54,897 nt of DNA from Priapulus caudatus (Eukaryota). The stretch lies in the NCBI RefSeq assembly GCF_000485595.1, contig NW_014577078.1, positions 775,003-829,899 of the forward strand, given 5' to 3'. A program made the translations under genes and the position numbers. Positions 40,201-52,200 of the stretch are shown here, piece after piece (the stretch's first letter is position 1; the number at the start of each line of letters is the position of its first letter). The notes under the pieces were generated by a model. That model was not told the DNA's origin and ran no database searches. It saw only the letters and a list, made by a program, of their open reading frames with translations.

Positions 40201-43200
40201 GTTTGCACATTATTGATGGTACAAAATTTCTTTTTATTACAGGCAAGGATTCTTTCTAAAAATTCAAGGACATTTTCATGAAATTCAAGGACTTTTCAAG
40301 CACAAAATCAACATTTACTAAATTCAAGGACATTTTCATGAAATTCAAGGACTTTTCAAGCACAAAATCAACGTTTACTAAATTCGAGTACTTTTCAAGG
40401 ACTGTGCGAACCACGAAGGTATCAAATTCCAGGACATTTCCATTCCATGCCTGTGCAGACCGTGAGAAAACATTAAGACAAGATAATAAAAATGAGAAAA
40501 ACACCGTGATAGAGGAGAGTAACCTTGCATGGTGGTTGTAACCTTGTTTCGGTCCACTCACTTATAGTACTTTCAGCCTAACGCTATGGTACGGGCAATG
40601 TGAGTGCAATGTGAGTGCAATGTGAGTGCAATGAATCCACCAAAGGATCACGGTGTCACGTACCTGCTGTGTGCGACGTGTCGGTGACGATGGAGAACAT
40701 GTGCTGCAGGATATCAGTGTAGTAGGTCTGGTAGAAGCCCTGTGCAGCACCCTCACTCTGCTCAATATTCTGCAGCAGCTGGAAGAGAATCTGCAGGCCA
40801 ATGTCGGCGACATTGCGCATTGTGTGCTTGAATGCCCAGATGATCGAGTCCAGCACCAGCTTAAACTGCACCGGTGATATACTCAGGAATGCTGCAATGA
40901 GAGAGAGAGAGTTCCCAGAGTAATGCCAATTATAATTGAGAAAACCTTGCATATATAACCAGGTGAGCTCTGTACTAAATACGTCAAAACAAAACAATAA
41001 GCCCCTGTGGCACCTGTGCAAATAAATATGATGCTCTATCTATACGAAGATCAAAGAGGTTCACTCCACTCCAGGAACACTTACCAAAGATAAAATCTGT
41101 GAATAAATTATTCCCCCGTAACAAGCAATGTAACCTATGCTGTTCTAGACAATATTCACCTCATCTCATGCCCATAACATGTCAACGTTTATTACCCGCA
41201 ATAATATTTTATTATAAGCATGCTTGCTTACCAGGAAAACAATGAGAATTCACAGCTTGTAAGAGAAGAAAGAAATTGGTTCTATGCTCTGGAAACTCTT
41301 CAAAGTCCTGTGAAAACGGAAAATGAAGCAACATTAATGGGAAAATCCATACACCACATTACGTACTTTACATAAATGCATACTGGAATACAGCTAGCAA
41401 TGTCACACACATACACTCACCTTATTAATCATCTCTAACGTACACTCAAATACAGCATCAAATATCTGTGGAATCTCACTGGTGATACAATTCTGAAATG
41501 TGAAAAAGAACAAACGTAAAACAAAGCCAGGCACTTTATCAGATGGTTTCTAAACCTTCACATCAAGAGACTGTCAATAAAAATGCAAAGACATTAATAA
41601 TGACAGCTTTAAAACCGCACTATTTCACCGCAGTTGCTAACGATGTTGCTTGCGACTTATAACATGCACGTGCACATACCTCCAACTTGTTTACGATGGT
41701 TGCCATGGTGCTCAGCACCTCGGGCTCGCGTGCCGCTGGCACATTGCGCTGGTAATCGTTAAGTACTGCATCTAACAGAGGCGGGATGAAGTTGTCACAA
41801 ACCTGTAGATGAATATACAGACACACATTCGGCAAGGCTACGAAGTCACCACTGTCACAGCATTCACATTGTGGTGAAAAATTACACTGATTAACGTTTT
41901 AATTATTACAAACATTCAAATGACTATAGAAAAGTACTAATGAACATTGAGTGAGAGGTAACCACTACATAATAATAAAAAACCTTCAGCAGAAATACAT
42001 CTCAGTACCTATTAGAATGTTGCTTACAATAACTAGGAGTATACATTTAGCATACGAGAACATACATATCATCTCTGCTGGCACCAACAACCAACAGTGT
42101 ATTAGTGTAATACGTCCCAGAATTAATGTTAGACGATACGGGTTGTACATTAAACTAACTATTCCAAGATTTTTGCTCAGAAAAACTAAATATAGCTCAA
42201 TATAGTCTCACCTGACTGGAAATATCACTGATTACACCAACATTAAAAATACTAAGATTTTATGCAGTTATAGCATAGAAAAATGGATTTCACCACATCG
42301 TAACAGCAATAAATTTTATCGTATGCCGATAATGCCTAATGGCAGAATTGGTAAACTTGTATTTGTGTCGGTGATGAATTGAAAACAAGTGTATGCCTGT
42401 ACTATGTCTACGGCAGATAAGCGGTGGCGCCACAAGCTAATCCATACTTCATATTAGTTCAAGATGACAGAAAACGAATGTTTACAATAACGATTAGTTC
42501 GAAACTGGCAGTTTTCGGTGAATACGAAGGTTCTAAGACATTTTATTGTTACTCTAGACAATTGCTGTTACTCAAGCAATAACGGTAGGTGTCATGAAAG
42601 TGGTGAAAACACTGGAAAACTCTCGCAATAGTTACTTTAAATGTAAAACGTATCTCCTGAGTTTTCCAGGCCTTGGGAGGTCTACTTTCCAAGACTGCGA
42701 TATTTAAACTGAGCACAATGCTGTTTCATGTACCCTTCAACCAATGATTAGTAACAAACATGCATGATGGCAATTTTATTGCCTCTCAGACAATGATAAT
42801 CTTCCCAGGACTGAACACAGTAATGACATAGTTTCTAAAACGGGATCTGCATAAACCTTGTATAATGATTTAAAAGCATCTCCCTGTGTGTGACTGCATA
42901 CATCACCTGCCTAAATCTAGATGCACACATTACCTGTGCCCGCATCCAAGGAGCTAAATATAACAAGGAGAGGAAGCGCCGCCATATCTGGCCCAAATTT
43001 GGGTTCGGCAGAGACCCTAGAACAGATTAGTGTTCTATTGTCTCTGGGTTCGGTCTGCACAGCCGTTTCAGATGATTATGATCCATAGATGGCGCCCTTG
43101 AGGCGAAAAGCGCCCAGCCAATCCGCTTCCTCTCCTTGTTATATTTAGCTTCTTGCCCGCATCTAGCTTGCACTCACCATCTGTGGGTCATTGGAGCGGC

Positions 43201-46200
43201 TAACCCAGCCTGAGATAAGCTTTAACGTCTCCTTTTTGACGGTGCGCATGGCACGGATGAGTGGCTGCTTCATCACCTGCTCACCGTTGAGTGTGATAGC
43301 CGCACTGATATTCTCAGACAGCACCTTGTACACGTTCAGCATGTCGAGGTAGATGCGACCCAGCTGCACGCAAGAAACACACAAATCAGCTAATGCCCGG
43401 CGCGCAGTCACCTTGCACGGTTGTTTTTCAAGAGCTGGCACAATAGCAAGGCAACAGAAAAACACGTTCGGAAACACAACGTTAGCTTACGCCTACCTGC
43501 ACGACGAACGGGTGGCCGAGGGCCTTGCAGGCGCGCACGTTGGTCTTGAGGATGTTGCCGAGCTGCTTGACGGCATCCTCGTCCTTCAGCACCTCCACGT
43601 TCTTCGACGCCTGCGTGATGATGCCGTCCCACGCTTGGTTCGGCAATTGCATGTATTTCTCTATGAGCCGTTCCTGAGCCACGGCATCCGTCTGCGCGCT
43701 GATCATGTACCCTGTGTAAACACGGTACAGCAATAGTTTCATTCACTCTGCATATCAATCTCTTTCTACTATTGTTCTGCACTTTTAAAGCGCTAACATA
43801 AACAGGACACAAATAGTTTCAATGCACATGATAACGGATTAAACAATTTTGGGTTCAATGCTTAATAGTAAGGTTATGTCTATCCTTGAAACAATTTTGC
43901 TTCAATAATAGATTTATTAACACCCTAACAGTTAAGAAATAATAGTATTATTATAATACGCTTTTGAAATTAGCAAACAGGTGTCACCCTTCTTCATTAT
44001 ATTATCTAACACGTAGGCCTATATTTTAGAAGTCCATTTACGATTTCACACACATTCCCTGGAAAATAATTAATAAAATTAATAAAATACAAATTATGTC
44101 AGTATGTAGAGGGAAAGATAAACCACACACACAAATACCACATCAAACTCTCCATGGTTCAACACACAGCAATATATAACATATGGACAAAACAAGCATA
44201 CAAGTTACATTACCGACAGCTTCGTAGAACGTGTGAACTTGCTGTGGCTGAAGATCACAAATGATGGTACTGATCTGGTTGAGAATCTCTTCAATGAATG
44301 GCATGATTTCTCCTACTTGTACCTGTGGTGTCAATTCAAGATTCACCACACATTAGCATCTTTGCATATTGACATTCTCTTCAATGTGTTTAGTTCAAGC
44401 AAGCTTTTCAATATATCAAGTTTAGAAGTTTTATAAAGTTACTTTTAAGAAATAGAACCTTTGGTAAATTTACATTTTGTATTACGAACACTATTAATGT
44501 GCATAATACAATTATTTTTTTGAGCATTTCCTTTATTCAAATACCTCTAATGTCTAACATATTGTAAAAGTAGTGGAAAAATCAGTTAATAATGCCCACA
44601 CTAAAGTTTTGCAACTCAGGACTCTGGAGTCATAGCAATGGACGACAATTTATTACATTTAGTTTGTTTGGCAACCTAGGCAAATGCACACTAGAATAAA
44701 ATAAATAAATCTCCCTAAATGGCCGTGTACTCAAACACTTGCTGCCACAGTTTCTGGTAATGTAAGATCAACTTTTAGCATCCATTATGAATACTGAACA
44801 TGAGGGAGTTACCATTTAACTTCCGAAAAAAAGATTACCACAAGAATTTTAAGAGATAAAATAATAAGTCAAGCCAAAAACCCATAATTCATCATATATA
44901 GTAAAGAAAGAAAACATTTCACACAGATTGACGTGACCTAGTAACATGCAAGAGGGCCACCTGGCCGATTCTCTTGACATAACCATTAAAGCAGCATATG
45001 GCTTTTAAAGGTAATGGCAGTCTCTCATGAGCTCAGTTTACTGGCCGAGGGATGGAAGTCTAAAGCAAGCCTTGCAATGCTCACCTGTACAAAATGTCGC
45101 CGACACTTCTGGGCAATCTTGATGAATGTGTCGCAGGCCATGTCTTGTACACCGTCGTGAGTTTCTGAAACGGCAGAACACATGGATGATTTCGAAACGA
45201 ACGCTAGTACAACTCAAACAAATTTCATCATGTAGCAAACTATTAATCAAGTTATGGTTTAAAGATTTCGTATGAATTAAAATTTAACATCAAAAACACT
45301 ACGTTGAAACACTATTCATAATTTAGTAGCTACTTGGTTTCAGAGTGCAACGTAAGTGTCTGAACTTACTGCAGAAATATGCACCACACATGCGTAAGTG
45401 TGCACGATCTGAGTGTACCAAAGTAGTACATCAGGAAGCACCACGTGGGCCCTCCACCTACATACCTAAACGTACTACGTGTATTTTCCATGTGACCAGT
45501 GCACACATGCAGCCAGTAAGGAAAAATGCACCATGCATGGAACCCAATCAAAGTGCCTGAACGTAGTGTTAAAGTACGCACCATGCATGAACTCGAACAA
45601 TTTGTTCACGACTGTTTTCAAGAACTTCCAGTGAGCGCGCAGGAAGCGTGGGTACTGGCCCACGACGTACATGATGTTAGACGCAATGATAGCCTTGTTG
45701 TCCTTGCCGCGCTTTTGCTCACACAGCCCAAGAAGATCCTGCAAGATAAACCACGAGCCTTCAGTACACCTCAGCCAGACTAATATTACCAAATGTGATT
45801 AACACCAATACAACAAAATACATCATCAACTCGTGTTAAACTCTAAACTAAACAATAAACGTATTTATTAAACTCCATGACCAAATTTGATTAATAGCTA
45901 TATAAACAAATGGATAAACCACGACTCCAAGTACAACACATGCCATGTGAATGTTTCCTACTATGATTAGAACACACTACACATAGTTAATGTTAAATAC
46001 GGTATAGCATTGATTAAAATCCTACGATCAAATGTGAATGATGAATATTATACCTAGGAAACTAGGGTAATTTTATTCATTTGTTAGTCAGTCAGACTGT
46101 GTCTGATACCTTGATTACGGTGACTAGGAACCTCTTTTCATCTTCCTCGTGCATGGCACCACTGATAGACCCAATGGCCCAACACAACTGTAAACACAAA

Positions 46201-49200
46201 CCAGAAGTGTTTATGTTTTAAGTAAGGTACACACGAAATTATCGACATATAGATAAACATACAAGTGTATAAAATACAGGCGGTAATGGTTACTTCTGTA
46301 TGAGAATGTGTGAGATCTTATCAACCATTATTCAGGTACAGTTAAAACTGTGATGGCACCTCTATAGAACAAACGCATGTCTAAAAAGAACACTTGGCGT
46401 TTCCTCCAAGTAGCAAATTCTACAGTAAAATCACCTCTATAAAATGGCTGCACGCCTAGAATCCAACCACATCAACATGCAGTGGCATAAAATGCAGATG
46501 CTACACTCACAATTATACTCGGGACAAGTAAAAAAGGATCTTACCGTGTTCAGATTCTTCCACGACCATTCCGTCCCATTCACTTGTGCATGTAGTTTCT
46601 CTGTCATGATACGCTCCGTGTCTGGGTAGTCCAGATGCGTCAGGTACACTGCAAATGGTAAGAATCCAGTCAGATAGTCAGATAATGTATTCGACATATT
46701 GCACATTAGACACGCCATGACCAACATCAGACAGACCATACACTCTGTATATGATACTTCCCAAAATGCATTTAATATATTGACAGTACTCAGATCTAAG
46801 CACCAATTACTGGATTTGTGACGTCGTGTTTATTTTGATAATGGTGGTTTTCACGAAAGAACCTACCTGTAAATAGGCTCATCATATCATGTAGGGTTCT
46901 TTGTTCCTGACAATGCCTTACCAATAATCAAAATGACATGATTGCTAAGCAATCTCATTTTAAATTTGTGATTTTAGCTAACCAATATTTCTAATTGTTG
47001 TAATATACTTGTCTCCTTTTTAAGTTACTGCGTTGAAACATGGGACGCTGCTGACTGACCGGCAGTAGACCGGGGGTAGCGGGAAAACACACCTAGCGTT
47101 TCTCTCATGTTCTTGTACATGTTAATTGCATCAGTGTCCTTCATGAACTCACGAACTACCTCGCCCTGCTCATTCTCCACGACCAGAACCTCCTCCGGTT
47201 TCGCCATGCGACCCACCATGATCAGCCGCACCTGAAGACAAGCGAGTAGACGTGGTTAGTTCCCCTCGAGCCGCGACACAAGCTCAAAACTGGATTTACA
47301 TTGCCGATTTTTAGTCACGAAGAAGCTGTCGGTAGCCGAGCTAGCATCACAACCTGAACATGGGCCACACTCAAAATGTTAAGAACTGCAGCGCACCTTA
47401 GACAGCATGGGGTTGTAGAGAGTTCTTCGCTGCGGAGTCTCTGTTTTTGCTTGGCCTAGCAGAAGAGGCGACGTTGACGCTGTGAAGGGACTCTCTCTGT
47501 ACAGCTCAGCTGCCAGCGAGTTCCAGTATTCAAGACAAATCTTGAATATCTCTGTCTCCTCCACTTCCGAGATCATAACGAGATAGTGAAGTGCCTGTTA
47601 AGGAATCATTGCCTATTAATTGTTACACACATGGACCTTCTGACAGCACATACTAGAACACTTTCAAGATGAACCCGAACAACAAAAGATTCCAGACATC
47701 TGCCAACACCAAGACTTCTTCTCCTTTCTGTGCTAGAGTGAGTGTAAATCTTCTGTGTGTGCTCACCGAGTGTAGGGAGTCTGAAAGCTCTGGCTGCTTT
47801 TCAATTAGCTGCCCATGCTCCTTGAGAAAGGTGCAGAAAAATAGACTCAAGTTCTGGATAAACTTTTGCTCATCATCCTGCCCATTAGCATATGCCTCCT
47901 TGATGTTAGTATGTAGTGGCAGCATCTGAAAATACAGCCACAGATGCACCAATTACTCACACATATACATATAATCAAGAGCTAATAATACCTAGAGTGT
48001 ACAACGGAAAAACGGGAAAATAGTGCTATTTCACGACTACATTATTCTACTTTGCCTGCGAGTCTAGAATAATTTCATGGTATTGCATTAAGCAGAATTC
48101 CTTGCTCTCTACAACAAGACCAACCGCTTGTCAATACGATACTCCTAGGCTGAGATATCGGCTCCTAAACCTCCCCTCCCACATGCCTTACGCCGCTTTG
48201 AATCCACATCATTCAGCAACCTACACGCGTCTAAGCATTGCTTCGTGAAAGTTCGGTTTTTCAGCGATAAATTTATGAATGAACGGTGCTTCGCCTATGC
48301 CTTTATCTTCCATTATCTTTCCTAGCACGGCTAATGCCCGTCATGATGGAGCCGGCCCCATCAAGTTTTTACAACGCAGCTCAGTTACTCAGTGTAGTAA
48401 GAGTACCAAATTTGGGCATGTGACATCAATTATCAGCGCTCCAAGCGGTGACGGAAACCGATAGCCAAAATGCTTAGACGCATGGAGGTTGCTGAATGAT
48501 GTGGATTCAAAGCGGCGTAAGGCATGTGGGAGGGGAGGTTTAGGAGCCGATATCTCAGCCTAGGAGTATCAAATTGACAAGCGGTTGGTCTTGTTGTAGA
48601 GAGCAAGGAATTCTGCTTAATGCAATACCATGAAATTATTCTAGACTCGCAGGCAAAGTAGAATAATGTAGTCGTGAAATAGCACTATTTTCCCGTTTTC
48701 CGTTGTACACTCTAGGTATTATTAGCTCTTGATATAATACACATGAGCATAAAAGCTCCCATGCAAACCTGTTCCCATCTTTCACCAACGCACGCACGCA
48801 CGCACACACACAACATTGCAAGCAATTAAATACCAGACACATGTACACAATGCACGTTCACCTAACATCACAAGCCTCAGCCCAAGTATCAGTGACACAC
48901 AGCTATATTCTAGTGAAGATCGGTGATCACTTACCTCTCGCAACCTCCCGGTTGCGAGGCTGAAGAGGAGCAAAAACTGCTCGTCATACTGGGAGACGTT
49001 CACTGAAGCTGAAGACGAGATAGAAGATGCAACAAATTAGCATGCGGTAGCACAGCACGCACACTGTAATTGTTAGCTAACCTGCTTCACATATCACTAG
49101 TGCATTGTGAAGAATAGACCTCGTCAATTACTAAATGCCGGCAACCAAAAACCACTCTCCTGGAGTTGATGAAGTGAGCCAGTTTTGGTAGCCTGCACAT

Positions 49201-52200
49201 GCCTTCTGACAGTACAACGTACAACTGGGGAGTTTTATTTCATAATTGCACTTTCTGTGAGTTTTTACCAGATTTAGTGAGCACCTGATAATGAACTGGT
49301 ACAGCGTAGAAAAGGTTGAGAGAATGGGAAGAGCTAGTGAGAAGCACACTTTGTCGTAACTATGTGCATAGGCAACTGTGCTTCCCTCTTGCAAACTATG
49401 GTATGTAGGCTTTACCCACATTGCAAATGCCAAGGTCTGTTAAAGCAATCCATAAAATTCTGACTACACACAAGTAGTTTATGATTGAAGCATAGCAAAC
49501 TTGTATAAACGTAAATACGAAGACAACAATGTTTGACAGATTTATATACGTACCAATTTCTGTCAGACACTTCAATGTGACATTTCTAAACATTGGTACA
49601 TCTAAAAACTGGAACAAAAAAGAAGGCTTAGTGACTGTCTCCCTAAGAGAGAGTATCAGTATACAGTGAAACACAAAAACCATAAAACTGCAAAACTAAA
49701 ACTTCCTTTACCAATCTACACGAAAAACTTCCACCCTCATTGGCCCAGCGGGCCTGTAGAAATGTATAATTCACTGGCCCACACTAGGTTTTACAGGACC
49801 TAGGTTTTACCCGAACCGGACCGGAAACCGGAAGTTGTTGCGACCTCTAGCGGCGACAAACACGCATGGTGTTGACTAGTTACTTCCCCTACTTAAGATC
49901 GAGAATATGATGCCATATCGGTAAATATCGTTAAATTTTCATACAAAATATTGGGAATTTCAGTAAATTTTCAGACTGATCATCACATAAAGAAGCTGAA
50001 ATATCATTAATAGACCATTTATTCATTTTTCCCCCACTGGCCCATCGGGCTTGTTCATTTACCAGTTTCATTGGCCCACGGAAAATTTACTGGCCTCGGA
50101 TAACGGGCCAGTGGTTAATTTCGCAGACTGCTTTACATATTTATACCATACCGTGTATTCGCTACTGACCATTTTGTCATCACAAATTAGGTCTACATTG
50201 ACAAATATTCAAGAAAGTTTCAGTTAAATCATGAGAATCAAACAAATATAGAATTATCTAAAATATCAGTACTAACATTCCGTTAACCTGATTAGCACAT
50301 GGATACTATTTCCACGAAACCTATTTCACATCATATGTCTAGCAATCTGACATTGGCAATGCTACCAGTTTAAATAAAAAGTTCCTCACTAAAAAAATGC
50401 CACCTCACCTTATATATTAATGTTGAAATAAGTTTAGTCTCGAATATGTAGCCCAGCGGAATCCAGTTGAGAAAGCGCAACAGTGTTTCCAAGGTGGCTG
50501 CCACAAGAGGTGCGTTCTGTGAATTCTCCTGCAAGGCCATTAGAATCAACACTCTGCTTTACGGTGTCCACTCTTAAAACATTCTAAGACATACGATGAC
50601 AGTCTTACGACGACGTTTACTGAAAATTAGCAAGTGACCTCTTATTGAAAACATACATCCTACAATAATCAAACACAACATGTTTGATAGATCTCTGCTC
50701 ATGCAGGATGTTTTCACTAAGTTTGTTGGGCGAAGACGCACATTTGCATTATACAGTGAGGATAAGCCACAAATCTGATACATTTTTAATGCTGCCACAA
50801 CTAACCATATAAAAATTTATAGTATTCTACCTCACTCGAAAGCCAACTGGCAACACTCACCATTATTCAATACTATACTGTTATGTTTGGACCAAACATT
50901 TACTTAGCCTAGTATTAAACTTAGAAATCTATCTGCTGGTATGGTATTCTAATGTGTCTATTCTAATCTTTGATGAGTACTGCTAGCCAACAAGAGTAGG
51001 GACAAGAGTCAAGAGTAACAGCAATGCTACACAGATATGCCCAGGTGGTACGTACCATTACAAACTGACAAAGCTGAAAGATTTGCGAGAACTCTGAACA
51101 CATAGTATCCTTTAGGTGTTTTGCTTTGATCTGTGTCATCTGCCCACTAGAGAAGTCAAACACTTCCTCACTGAAATGACAATATCAGACTTATAGACAG
51201 CAGCAGTAGCCTTATAATGCAAACAATAAATCCTGTCTGTATAGACCAGGGTTCGAATTTTGGCTGAAAATCAGAAAGTTGGTGGTCATGCACAAAAGTT
51301 GGTGGTCCGCTTATTTACTAGCAGTGATAAACAAAATAGTATACAAAAATAACCATTGGCATTAACAGCATACATGTAACTTAGAGTTGGTCAAATAATA
51401 TATCTCAAGCTCTAGGAATGTCGGGGGAGCTTGTGGGAAAGGTTTTACTTTCGTTTTTCTCCTCCCCAGTCCACGGTACCCCCATGATAGATCAAAGTTA
51501 CAAGTGCCTATAGAATCTTGATACAGTTTACATTGCTTCTAGATATCTAACTGAATAAAAATAGCCCACTTTTGACGTAAAGAAAAGTGACGAATTCAGT
51601 TCTTGATTACGTGCGTGTCAGGTATCACTGGTCGTGCCCTCACTCCCCACGATAACCCCTGCGACATATGAACTTATTGTTCTGCGGTCACAAAAACACT
51701 GGGGTCATGCCGCAATCGATTTCTTAGACTGTCACGAGGTTTTGTTCGTGTGGCGAATCATGCGTTGAGGGAGTTCATGCCCTCGGCTCTAGATGTTTTG
51801 GATACCCCATCTACGCTCAGGAACGGAGCATATTAGAATGCGCTCCCATTTACAAGTCTGTCTAAACAGCCGTTGCGATAACCGTAGTATTTCAGCGTAA
51901 TATGAGGGAAAAAAGTGCCGGTCAGGAGGACTGGCAGTTTCGTAGAGATGGAGGTCAAAGCCATTAGAAAAATTTTTTTTTTATGTTTTAAAACTAACGA
52001 CTACAGTTTGATTACAACGACGGTGGCGCCACTCAAAGCGCACGATCTGATTTGTTGAAGTTGCGCAAAACCACTTTCCAGCCAAGGGCTACAGACCGAG
52101 GGTGTTTCTTATTTATTCATTTAAAAGCAAAAGGATTGTAATATCTTATAAACGACATATAGTTTCAGTTATAATATGGATAAATTTGCCCTAAAATGAA

